From contig NIVC01002009.1 of assembly GCA_002269645.1 (NCBI GenBank), positions 1 through 64,000 of the forward strand: a stretch of DNA of 64,000 nt, in the 5' to 3' direction. This document shows positions 36,693 to 49,113 of this stretch, one piece after another. Source of the DNA: Macrostomum lignano. Lineage: Eukaryota. The notes under the pieces are model-generated. The model was given only the letters and a program-made list of their open reading frames with translations. It was not told the origin of the DNA and did not search any database. Position 1 is the first letter of the stretch. The number at the start of each line of letters is the position of its first letter. Made by a program: the position numbers and the translations under genes.

Positions 36693-37994
36693 TATATAAA
36701 GATAAAATGAACTTGAAAGATAGGCCTAACTAAATAATATGTTATAATTATATAATTATTATTAGTATAAAAAATAGATAATTGTTTAAGCTAAAATTAC
36801 AACTATAACTAAGATGACCTCTTTGGCCATGCTTATGCTATGGTTAGGTCCTATGGACTATATTGATGAGTTTGTTTGTTTGCTATTTGGATGGGCTTAG
36901 GTTTATTAATTTTTATATTTTTTAGGCCTACTGTACTGGACTTAGTGTCATGGTGTCAGAGGTGTATAGGTGTAGCCTTAATTATGTAAGCCATGACATT
37001 ATGTACAAGGTGGCAAGGCCTATTTAATTTTTAAAGATTATGTTATAAGTGTTGATAACTTTAGATGGATGGACCCATAGATGTATCATAGATCTTATAT
37101 CCTTAGATAGGGGCCTAGGCCACTTTGTAGGGCCTATGGCGTTAATAGGAAAAGTAAGACTAGGCCCACTATTTTTCGTCACTTGTGCAAAAAAAGCCGA
37201 CATGGATTGCTTATAGATTTGAGTTCAGTAGCTTAGGGACATAGACGCTAGTTTTTGAGAAGTTGATAGAACTTCTCATGAATTAAATAAAAAGCTACTC
37301 AATCAAACTAAGAATGATGCTTAATATATTAATTATTATAAATAACAATCAGAATAAGAATAAGATGAGTTCAGTAGTTGATTTTCGCACTGACGCGAGT
37401 TCCGAATTTTTTAAATTAGCTTCTATGGCCACATAAGTGGTTAATGAGTGGCCCATCTTGTGTATATATATATATGATGTTTGATGTACATACGGACTAC
37501 GGTATTTAAATGTAACAAGAACAAGAGTTGGGACATAAGGCCGTATCGGATTTTCAGATTATTTAAATATGTCACAAAAACAAAAGCTTCTTTTTTTACC
37601 TAAGAAGCTGAGAATTTTAAATTATTATACCTTAATATAAAATTCCTTTACCAAAATTTCTGTCTTTAGATTTCGAAAATATCGCATGATTGTTTCTGCT
37701 AAAAACATGGCTAGCTAAATTTAAATTTTAAACAAGAAAAATGCAAAGTCTTAATCTGCTCTGCTATTAGCGAAAAGAGATTCGTAACCAGTAAATTAGT
37801 GTAGTCTACCTGTCCATCTCTCTTAAATCACTAAAAGTATTGTATAATTAATTGCATTTAATGTCTTGTATTTCCCACATCTCTTTTTGCGTTCAAAAAT
37901 TATTTTGCTATTTTACTTTTTTGACCAGGGCCTTGGCCCTAGCTAGGCTAGGCTAAGGCCTGCCGCCTATTCAGAATTTCAGATCAGACTAGCA

Positions 37995-39090
37995 ATCAGC
38001 GCCCCCCGTTGGGGAGCCAAAAAAATGCAGCAGAATTTTTTTTAATAAACTACATGTCAGCGTCTCTTTGCATTATAGCTCAGCAACGCCTTGTAAGCCT
38101 TGACATGTCAGCAATTCCCCCCCCCCCACAAGCCTTAGCATATCAACTCCCCCTTGACATCTCAGCAATGCCCCCATAAGCCTTGAAATCTTAAAAAATC
38201 TTTCAACCTTCTAACCCTAACCCTAGTCTAACCCTAGCCCTAACCCTAACCCTAACCTTAAAGCATTGACATTTCAGTAATTCTCTGTGAGAGTCATTAT
38301 AGCACTACAGCATTCTAGCAATTCCCTGCAAGCCTTGACATCATAGGGATTCCAAAATGAATCTCTTAACTTCGACATGAAGCTTCTTTTATTTTTTACA
38401 TTACACTTTATCTATCAGCGATCCCTCCCATGAAGAGCCAATAAATAATGAAAACATTTTTCAATAAACTACATGTAGCTTGTGAATTTAGCCTTGACAT
38501 CTCAGTTATTCCCCCATGAGCCTTGACATCTCAGCTATTCCCCCTGTAAGCCTTGATATATTATTATTAATGATGCCCCCCATAAACCTTGATATCTGAA
38601 AAATCCCCTGTTAATCTTGAAACCCACTAAAATCTAACCCTCAACCCTGCAACCCAAACCTGACCTAAACCTAACTTTAACCCAACCTAAAGCCTTGAAT
38701 CTCAGCAATTCTTCTCCCCTAAGCCTTGACATTTTAGTGATTCCTTAGTTAAGAATCACAGCACTATAGCGATTCCCTCCAAGCCTTGGCATCGTAGCAA
38801 TTCCCAAATGAATCTTTTAACTTTGACATCATGACTTTTCTTTTATGTATACATGGTGCTTCTTTTCTTTTTTATATGACTCTTCTTCTATCAGCGCCCC
38901 CCATAGCAAGCCAACAAAGAATGTAATAAAAAATTGAGTAAAGTACATGAACTTTGAAGTAGCTTCTGACATTTGCTTCTTTGCTTCTCTGACATCTCAG
39001 AACCCCCCCCCCCCATAATCTCAGTTATTCTCCGTGAGCCTTGACATCTTAGTAATTCTCCCCAGCACAGCACAATAGCTTCATTTAATT
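37995..39090. repeat. Complex ~430-480-bp tandem repeat (~2.5 copies) with AGCCTTGACATCTCAGCAATTCCC subrepeats and (CCCTAA)n tracts
   Basis: Recurring ATCAGCG.CCC anchors at ~37995, 38414 and 38890; telomere-like hexamers at 38211-38257 and, degenerate, at 38635-38690. Confidence 0.75.
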
Positions 39091-39099
39091 TTTACATGA

Positions 39100-39740
39100 C
39101 ACTTCTTTCATGTCTGACATTACGCTTATTTTAATTTTTTACATGACGTTTCTTTTATTCTTCTATGACGCTTCTATAATTTCTCAAATGACACTTGTAT
39201 TAGTTTTTATATGAGGCTTCTATGATCTTTTGATGACCCTTCTATGATTTTTTACATGACACTTCTATGATGTTTTGATGACACTTCCAGGATTGTTTAC
39301 ATAACGCTTCTATGATTGTTTACATGACGCTTCTATGATTGTTTACATGACACTTCTATGATTTTTTACATGATGCTTCTATGATTTTTTACATGACATT
39401 TCTATGATCTTTTGATGACGCTTCTATGATTTTTTACATGACACTTCTATGATTTTATTACATGACACTTCTATGGATTTTTACATGACTCTTCTATGAT
39501 TTTTTACATGACACTTCTATGATTTTTTACATGACACTTCTATGATCTTTTGATGACCCTTCTATGATTTTTACATGACACTTCTATGATCTTTTGATGA
39601 CACTTCTAGGATTGTTTACATGACGCTTCTATGATTGTTTACATGATGCTTCTATGATTGTTTACATGACACTTCTATGATTTTTTACACAACACTTCTA
39701 TGATTTTTTACATGACGCTTCTATGATTTTTCTATGGTTA
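39100..39740. repeat. 21-23-bp minisatellite (ATGACACTTCTATGATTTTTTAC)
   Basis: Visible tandem array. Confidence 0.93.
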
Positions 39741-40132
39741 CGCAATCTAAATCAAGTCTAGTGCTATATGCTTCCACACTACGATTCTTTTATTTTTTAT
39801 TTTTTAATTGGGCCAATTTTTGGCAGTTGTAAAGAAGGGCATGTTTAATTATTTTTTAACTTAAATGACTCAATGAGTACCAAAGTGCATTTATTGTGAT
39901 GGGAGACACATTTAACTGCATGAAACTATTCAGTTTAGGTAAATTTATTAGTTTTAGATTGACTTTTTAATTATAACTGTGTAGTTATTAAACAAGTACT
40001 AAATATAAGATTAATGCCATTTAATCTTAAATGGCATTGTTTCACCTTTATCTTAGAAGTTTCAACTGATTGTCCTTGATCATTGCTTGCAGTGACTAGA
40101 TGGCTGGACATCCACCTATGCCAACCTTCATT

Positions 40133-40313
40133 CAGGGGTGGACCTAGGATTTTATCCAGGGGGGCAAGCCTCATGTCTGGTTAGGCCAGAGCTGCAATTA
40201 GGGTACCATAATACCAATACAGCATGATACCAATACATCTGAGGATTTTTTGGCGGAGTTGAGGGGAGGGGGGGGGGCCATGGCCCCCTTGGCCCCCCCT
40301 CAGTCTGCCCCTG
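40133..40313. mobile_element. hAT MITE (181 bp)
   Basis: Termini CAGGGGTGGA...TCTGCCCCTG with a perfect 8-bp TSD CCTTCATT. Confidence 0.9.
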
Positions 40314-40550
40314 CCTTCATTGTGTGCCCTGCAACCTAAACTTGCATTGTATATAGCAAGCCAGTTAGACAAGTTATACTATATTTTATTACATTATTAC
40401 ATTTTATTATTGTTTTCTATTATAATAAATATATCTTGGTGTTCATTTTTAAAAGTTGAAAAATAATTAAATATGTGCTTCTTTACAATTGCCCAATTTT
40501 CCTTCGAAATCAGTTTGTCATTTTGATGATATAAAATTGTATATTGCAAA

Positions 40551-40826
40551 TTGCATGAGTGGCAATCCTATACTTTTGCTCAATAATTGCTTGTCTCCAA
40601 ACTTGTGGTTGTTCTTAGCAAACAATTCTAAGAATTCCCTAAATCTATTTACACATGGTAAGTCAATTATTATGGAATTGCATATTGCAAAATTGCATAT
40701 TGCATGAGTGGCAATCCTATACTTTTGCTCAATAATTGCTTGTCTCCAAACTTGTGGTTGTTCTTAGCAAACAATTCTAAGAATTCCCTAAATCTATTTA
40801 CACATGGTAAGTCAATTATTATGGAA
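40551..40826. repeat. Local tandem duplication (~127 bp identical, 149-bp period)
   Basis: Two identical copies starting at 40551 and 40700. Confidence 0.9.
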
Positions 40827-41959
40827 ATATAATCTATAAACTATAAACTAGATAAAGTTAAATATTATTTGTTAGTCAAAGTAAAAAAAGCAATTGTCAA
40901 AGTAAATAGGCCTAGTAGTGCACTAGGTGTGCCATCATTTCATCTGCTGGTAGATGAAACAAATTTTTGAAAAAAAATTAGCTACATAGTTAGTAGAACT
41001 AATTTTTCATAATTAAATATTGCAAATCATGCAGAAATAGTTAAAATAGGATGTTAGTTTTCTAGGCATAATTTTGTTCATAACAAAATGTATATGAATT
41101 TTAAATATCCATTGAAAAAGAAGTTATGGATGGAAGTAGCAGTTACAAATATTGAAGGCAAAGACAGAGTTTGCTATTGAATACGATTGGCCAGCTGTTA
41201 TAAGCATTGTTATGACCCATCCAATGATGATAACACATTTTCATTATGAACAATTATTCAGCTTACAAAAAGTTAGTATATATGTATACTATGGGTCCCT
41301 TGGGGAAAATATTTTTTAGATTGTACATTTGTGCTTCTAATGTAATGAGTTCATTATCTTCATTATAAGTTCTTTTTAAGATATACAGATCTTAAATATA
41401 CAGATATTTATTTTCAATATTATATGTACTGGCATCATACTTAGTCTTAATATTTTGTGGTAGACAAAATGTCTGCATCATATTTTTGTAGACAAAAGAA
41501 TGGCAGACAAATTGGCAGCAGACAAAATGGCCATCAACTGTGCACTATTGCCATTACCTAGTAGAAAAAGAGTGCCAAAGTTAGGCCTTGCCCCTATTGT
41601 ATAGATAGAAATAATGCTATAATAAGAACTCCTCAGTAGGCTTATAAGCATCAAATAGAATATCACTTATGCCATACATATTATAAAACTTTTATTTAAC
41701 ATGGGCCTTGGTACTTAGGCCTAATTCCATTGTATTTAGTATACATAGTGGCATCCAATAACTATAAATCTACAAAGTTAGTCTTTTTTTATAATTTGAC
41801 TCAAATATTCTTTAACTATTTTTATATAATCACACAAAATTTGAAGTCTCAAAATTAATTTTAAATGGTATATGTACTTTTAAAGTTTTATCTGTTTTCT
41901 ATTATCAAGATAAATAGCTATTTCAACCTCCAACTCTCTTTCCTTCCCTTATCTGGCAA

Positions 41960-42346
41960 GGAATTTTGGTTGTTTTGCCCCTAAACCATTCTGGCCATGG
42001 ACATTTTGCATTCCAGACCATTTTGCCCATAGTTTATTTTGCCTATATAAACCAGTTTGGCTATATGCATTTTGGCAAAAGTGGTCATTATGTAGTTTAA
42101 AGATATAGCTATGAATATATCCTTAATTTTGTCTTTTTAATGCTTATTTTTTAATATATAATAAAAAATGAATTGTTAGTATATAAGTTATTATAATTGT
42201 GAATTATTACAAGTCTTTTCTAAGAAATTCTATGAAATAAATTAAACTACACTGTACATTTTGGCCTATCTGAATGAACTGAATTGAGTTGAATTGACAA
42301 AGTGTCCATGGCCAAAATGGTTTTTTGGGTAAAGCAACCAGTTACC
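41960..42346. mobile_element. Probable MITE with ~45-bp imperfect TIRs
   Basis: GGTTGTTTTGCCC...TGGCCATGGACATTTTG versus CAAAGTGTCCATGGCCAAAATGG...GGGTAAAGCAACC. Confidence 0.55.
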
Positions 42347-43499
42347 TTAGCAAGATATACACTTAATAATAATCAAAATTTGGTGCCTTTGAGAGTGCAC
42401 AATAAATTCTAGCTCAGTATTGACTTTTGAATGACACAAATTGCAACACACAATGCAGAGTTGCACATGCACACAATGCTAGGCAAGAAGGGTTTAGGAA
42501 GGGTGGAGGCAAATATTAGATGGATTGAAGCTTCCAATTGGTTTTCTGTGTTTTTTTCAAGCATTTTATAAAATCAAAATGGTTGACAAGGTGATAGATG
42601 CTAGTCAAGACACTGCTTACTGGGACAAAGGGTGGCAACTTTTTAATTTTTCTAAGTATATATAAGGGATTTAAATAAAATTAACTAATTTTTGGCTATT
42701 ATACAACATAAGTTGCTCCATATAAAGCAATAAATAGCCTTCAAACTTGACAATTCTTTATTGACTCATTCTCTGTCTAAATATAAAGTTGCAATTCTAC
42801 AATTTAATCAGAACAGAAACTATAAACAAAGTTTGTCTACTTTTTCTGCTATGGGTGGCTTTGGACCATTTTCATTCATTCAATACCCTAGTATCAGTGT
42901 TCAGATTTTGATATGTCCCCTGCACTAATGACTGTAGGTTGCGCAGTAAAAGGGCGGCATAGATCCACTGTGTGGGAATGTGGCTGCATAGGAACTTGGC
43001 TGTGTGTCAGCGTGGCAACTGCTATCCCCAACAGCCTGTGACAAAGTATACAGTAAGATAGAGGGAAGAGCTGAGACCTTTTAGTCTCTCTTGCAAGTTA
43101 AATACAGTTGCACATTGGTCTGAGAGAGACCACAATCTTTTCCATTAGTGGCCTGAGCTTGGCAGTAGGCTTGGGACTACGGAAAAATGTAGCCTAGACA
43201 TTAAATTGGGTCTTCATGTTCAATTCTTTGCTTTTTGGAGAGACAAAAGGTGATGGATAAAACGACAAAAATCTACTCTCTATCTCTATCTACTATACTC
43301 AGAACAGAGGTGGTAGGCCAGTGTACATAGTAGCAATATAGTGTTTTGGAATTTAACTTATGACTTTATTTGTAACCCAATAAATCAAGTTTAAATTGGA
43401 ATTGTTTGAATGTTTACAACTATTATCTGTCATATTTCATGCCGACCGCCGCGGCAGCAACAGCAGAAGCAGAAGACAAGAGTGCAGCAGCGCAGTAGC

Positions 43500-46400
43500 A
43501 TGAATCGCTACCAGACCCTTAAGCAGCTGGGCGATGGCACCTACGGCTCTGTGCTGCTCGGCACCCTCACCGAGACCAGCGAGAAGGTGGCCATCAAAAA
43601 GATGAAGAAGAAGTTCTACAACTGGGACGAGTGCCTGAATCTTCGCGAAGTGAAGTCCCTTCGCCGGCTGAACCACCCCAACATTGTCCGCCTCAAGGAG
43701 GTGGTCCGCGAGAACGACTACCTGTACCTGATATTCGAGTACATGCAGGAGAATCTGTACGAGGTGATGAAGAAGCGGACTAAGCTGTTCCCAGAGGAGG
43801 TGGTGCGCAACATCGTCTGGCAGTGCACGGACGGCCTGGCCTACATGCACCGGATGGGCTTCTTCCACCGCGACTTGAAGCCGGAGAACATCCTGTGCAA
43901 TCCGGACCATCACATCAAGCTGGCGGACTTCGGCCTGGCCAGGGAGATCCGGTCCAAGCCGCCCTACACGGACTACGTGGCCACCCGCTGGTACCGCGCG
44001 CCGGAGATCCTGCTCCGCTCCACCTCCTACAACTCGCCTATTGACGTGTTCGCCATGGGCTGCATCATGGCTGAGCTGTACACCTTCAGGCCGCTGTTCC
44101 CCGGCAGCTCGGAGATCGACATGATCTTCAAGATCTGCTCGGTGCTCGGGACGCCTCGCAACGACGATTGGCCTGAAGGCTTCCAACTGGCGGCCGCTAT
44201 GAACTTCAAATTCCCGCAGTGCATCGCCACGCAGCTGTCCTCGCTGATTCCCAACGCGTCAACCGACGGCATCGCCATCATGCTGGACATGCTGGCCTGG
44301 AACCCCAAGCACCGGCCCAATGCCAAGGACGCGCTGAAGCATGCCTACTTTGCGGCCAGCAGTCAGCGGCTGCAGCCCAATGCCGCTAGCGCCAGGAGGC
44401 AGCCGTTTAATAATAGGAGCAATGGACAGGTAAATAGGAGCTTATCGCCTGCTTTAGTTAGATTTTCTAAACATATCGGCAGTTCATTCTTATTCAATTT
44501 AGTGATGGTTTTTACTTTTTGAAAATGCTTCAGACACTGCTTATTTTAAAGATGGGTTTTGGGATTAAGGTTACGAGAGTTCTTAGGGATGGGAATTAAA
44601 AATCCAAATCTTAGTGATAAGAATTTAAAGCCCAATTTTAGGGATAGGAATTTAAGATCCCAATCTGAGGGATGGGAATTCGGGATCCCAATCTGAGGGA
44701 TGGGAATTTGAGATCCCAGTCTGAGGGATGGGAATTTGAGATCCCAATCTGAGGGATGGGAATTTGAGATCCCAATCTTAGGGATGAGAATTTGAGATCC
44801 CAATCTTAGGGATGCTAGTTTGCGATCTCAATGTTTGTTCAGTCTGTTGTTATGCTTTTAATTAAGCTGGTAGTCTATCTACCTGTACTGCAACTTTCAG
44901 GTACCGATCGCTGAAGTGTCGCCCCTGCAGCAGCAACAGCAGCAGCAGCTGGTGCAGCAGCGCCAGGAATCCGTGACCGTCCCCGTGCCGGGCGCCAAGT
45001 CCAGCCGGAACCGCTGGGCCGGCGGCGGCCAAGGCCCGGACGCCAAGGACAGCTTCGACCAGCTCATGGACGACTTCGATCTGAGCTACAGCAGCAAGCC
45101 AAAGATGGCCAGGCAGCACCAGCAGCCGCTGCCCGGGCTGTCCCGGCCGCAGCAGCCAGCTGCCAAGGCGTTCCCGGCTCCGCCCGCCGCTAACCGGCAG
45201 GGCGCCACCGACAGCTGGATGGATGCCGACGAGGATTTCAGCAGCTTCTTGGGTCGGCCAGCGCAGCCGCCGCAGCAGCAGCAGCAGCCGGCAAGGGGGC
45301 ACCAGGCCTCGTATCTTGGCGGCGGCAACCGCGCCCACGGAGGCAACCCCGGCATTGGCGGCGCCAATCGGCGAGAGAGCATCGATATTGACGACATCCT
45401 GGGCTCGAATCTGCTAGGCGGACCGACCAGCGGCAAACGGGTGCAGCCACAGGTTGGTCTTTGTTGTGCTTAGATGGAGAGTTTGCTACTGCTGTCCTAG
45501 ATTATTTCATCTTTGTTGGGGTAGCCATCCTCCCAGAGCCTCAGTTCCAGTTGCTAAGATCCTCAGTTGCTGAGCCGCCACTTTCCCAAATCGTGGTGCC
45601 ACTTGCAATCCTCCCACCTCCCCTAAGCTGAACGTCTAAATCCCCCGAACCGCATCCCCAAATCCCCTAAACCGCATCCCCAAATCCTCAAACCGCATCC
45701 CCAAATCCCCTAAACCGCATCCCCAAATCCCAAACCGTATCCCCAAATAATCTAAACCGCATCCCCAAATCCCCTGAACCGCATCCCCAAATCCCCAAGC
45801 CGCATCCTCAAATCCTCTAAACCGCATCCCCAAATCCCCAAACCGCACCCCAAATCCCCCAAACTGCATCCCCAAATCCCCCAAATCCCCCAAACCGCAT
45901 CCCCAAATCCCCAAGCCGCATCCCCAAATCCCCAAGCCGCATCCCCAAATCCCCCAAACCGCATCCCCAAATCCCCAAGCCGCATCCCTAAATCCCCTAA
46001 ACCGCATCCCCAAATCCCAAACCGCATCCCCAAATCCCCAAGCCGCATCCCCAAATCCCCCAAACCGCATCCCCAAATCCCCAAGCCGCATCCCCAATTC
46101 CCCCAAACTGCATCCTCAAATCCCCAAGCCGCATCCCCAAATCCTTCAACGCAAATCCGCTCCCCCAATCGCAGATGTCCGGCAAGCCGGCCGGCTCCGA
46201 CCTGCCCGCCATGGGCGGCCGCCGGGACTCCGGGAAGCAGTCGGCGGGCTCGCTGTACAAATCGCGGTCCCGCTACCTGCCCGGCATCAACCCCAAGAGC
46301 ATCGGCTCCAACGCGGCCGTCGATCCGTTCAGCATGGGCGGCGGCAGCTACGGCGCCGGCTACGGAGCTCAGCAGCAGCAGCCTGGCCGGGGCGGCGGCG

Positions 46401-46600
46401 GCCTCGGCGCACCCGCGGCAGCTCCGCCTGCGGCTGTCGGGCAGAAGCCTCTGGCTGGCGGCTACGTTCCGTCGACATTTGCGGGCGGCGGCACCGGTAA
46501 AGGCGGCGGCTACGGCGCTGGTGGTCGCGGAGGCGGCGGAGGCGGCGGCGGCGGCGCCAACATGCGAACTGACTGGGCGGCAAAGTACTTGAAGTCCTAA
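43500..46600 (+). CDS. MAK: MAK/ICK (CILK1) family ciliary Ser/Thr kinase, 3 exons (43500-44429, 44901-45452, 46175-46600), ~635 aa
   Basis: [34 protein letters not shown] activation motif ([13 protein letters not shown]), C-terminal SRYLPG and RTDWAAKY. Phase-0 introns. Confidence 0.95.
44560..44812. repeat. ~29-30-bp intronic minisatellite (GATGGGAATTTGAGATCCCAATCTGAGG)
   Basis: Tandem array in MAK intron 1. Confidence 0.85.
45640..46145. repeat. 21-23-bp intronic minisatellite (AAACCGCATCCCCAAATCCCC)
   Basis: Tandem array in MAK intron 2. Confidence 0.93.
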
Positions 46601-47656
46601 TTGAAATACGCGATCACCAAATGTGTCTGTTTTGCTTCTTTTTTATCTTGTTTGTGCATGTTCTCTTTCTGTTCTGCTGGATGATTGGTAGACTGAAAAG
46701 TCTGTTTTGAGTTCTTGTTTTGTGAGTTCGAGTCCCGGACCTTCAATCTGCGGCCGCTGATCTCTCAATTTTTATTGTGTTTTGACTTCTGTCTGTCTGT
46801 ATCGGAGACTATCACTTGTTATTCTTGCAATTTGAGGCTTCTACTTTAAATATATTTATATATAATATTCATTGTCAACTTTAGTGCTGATATATATATT
46901 GTAGCAGAGAGTATATTTATTTTGCCGAATTTCTCAAATACTAATACCTGTCCTTATATTTCATTGCCTCTAACTTGAAGATTTGAAAGAGCAGAATTTT
47001 CCTTATATGTGTGAAGTATATACTTAGAGCTTCTCTCGGTTACTGATATTTAATTTACTCTTTAATTTACTCTAAGCGTAAAAGTCGCGTTTTTCTACTA
47101 CTAGTAGGCCTGTTTGCATCGGCGAGAGTTTTTCTCTAAAGTATATGAATAATTTAGCAAGCTGTCGCAGCTGATGAGACAAAATGTAAATGCTGCGTGT
47201 TTTTCTCTATCTGACTTCACTTCAATTATTGCTGTTGTTGATTTTTTGTCACCATAATTGTCTGGCACAATAGTACCCACCCCTTTGCGGTAATTTGTTA
47301 ATAATCTTATTTTCCTTTTAACATAGAACAGTTTTTTTCAATATTTGCCTTTTTGCCTCGGATATTTTTTCTATACAAATTTTCATTTTATATTATCAAG
47401 CTTTAGACGGATACTAAAATAACTGGATCTGTCACTCGCAACAAAACACTCAGCTACTCTTAGTAGCAAAATAAGCGTATTTAAAGTTTTTTAACTGCAA
47501 CAATGGGCTCTGACTTTCTGCAAGCAGACGCGTTAAATTAGCATCTTAATCATGTTTTCCAGCTGCGCCGAAATCCACTGCGTGTGCATAGCAAGCAAAA
47601 GAGAAGTCCGATAAACAGTTGGGCTTTCCTCTTGCCCGCTTGTATCTGTTCACGTC

Positions 47657-47868
47657 TATCCTTACTGCTCTCTCATTGGCTGGGCTAGATTGGGCCTGCC
47701 CCCCCCAGACTGAGTTTCGTCCGTCTGACTTTGGCATCTATCCTTACTGCTCTCTCATTGGCTGGGCTAGATTGGGCCTGCCCCCTAGGCTAAGTTTCGT
47801 CCGTCTGACTTTGGCCTCTCTCCTTACTGCTCTCTCATTGGCTGGCTAGGCTGAGTTTCGTCCGTCTT
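47657..47868. repeat. 82-bp tandem repeat (~2.6 copies), each with ATTGGCT (reverse CCAAT)
   Basis: Units start at ~47657, 47739 and 47819. A separate ~35-bp duplicate lies at 47941-48007. Confidence 0.8.
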
Positions 47869-48594
47869 GCATTCACTTGAATATATTTTGTCTAAATTCT
47901 TGTTAAGAATTAAGAATCCCCATCTGCTCCCAAGGCCACAAACCCCGATTAAGGAAAAGAAATTTTACGTACTAACCCCGATTAAGGAAAAGAAATTTTA
48001 CGTACTAAAAGTGACAATGCGCAGACAAGCTACTGAAGAAAAGTAGACGACAACTTCAACTGCGAGTGGTATATCTAGTCATTCTGGAATCTGTGATGAA
48101 TTCTAACTATTCAAAATATAATCCGTCCATACCTGTCCCGCCTCTGTACATTCCCGCCGACCGAATTGGGTCAAACGAGTTTTAAACTTTTTTTGTTTTT
48201 TTTTGATTGCGGATAAATTTCATTCCTTAACTATTCGGTTGTCCAATTCCGCAGCAACTGCATATCGATCCCTAAGTTCAGGTGTGACACCAGAAGCTGT
48301 ATCACCTTTCCTCTGCTCTGACTTTCTACTCCCTTAAGTTAATTGTTTCGTTTTTTGAATAAAGAAAATTTTCTTGCATAATTCAAATGCGCGTTTGGGT
48401 GAAACTTCCTAATGGCGAATATTATATTTAACTAATAAATAAATTTGCGGCAGATACTACTGAAGAGGCTCTTCTTAAGTAGATACAGATTTTTCTATGT
48501 TCTTACTCTTTCATAGTAATTATGTTATTGCACTGTCATGCTATGTAAAGTAGATAAAATATACTCAATAATATATGAGATTATCAGGCAAAGA

Positions 48595-49040
48595 AGATTA
48601 TCTGGCTGAGATGGGAGATTATCAGTCTGAAATGGGAGATTATCAGTCTAGGATGGGAATATCAGTCTGAGATGGGAGATTATCAGTCTGAGATGAGAGA
48701 TTATTAGGCTGAGAAAGGAGATTATGAGGCTGCAATGGGAGAATATCAGTTCGAGATAAGAGATTATCACTATGGGATTGAAGATAATGAGGCTGAGATA
48801 GGAAATCATCAGGTTGAGATGGGAGATAATTAGTTTGAGATAGGAGGTTATCAGTCCGAGATGGGAGAGTATCAGTCTGGGATGGGAGATTATCAGGCTG
48901 AAATGGGAGATTATTAGGCTGAAAAGGGAGATTACCAGGCTGATAATCTGAGATGGGAGATTCTCAGTTTAGAGTATGGAGATTATCGAACCGAGATGCT
49001 TGGAATTCCGATTAGGAACTGAAATGGGAGTCTTAGATGC
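48595..49040. repeat. ~20-bp diverged minisatellite (GAGATGGGAGATTATCAGTCT)
   Basis: Visible tandem array. Confidence 0.85.
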
Positions 49041-49113
49041 AGGCATAGGAAGATTACCTGGAATGCCACTGAATGCGGTGTACTAATGCTGTTGGCAACA
49101 ATTCCGATTGCAG

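Noticed and set aside
43437-44186. 249-aa antisense ORF over the kinase domain (and similar ones over GTF2F1)
   Set aside because: A typical consequence of strong GC3 codon bias on the sense strand.
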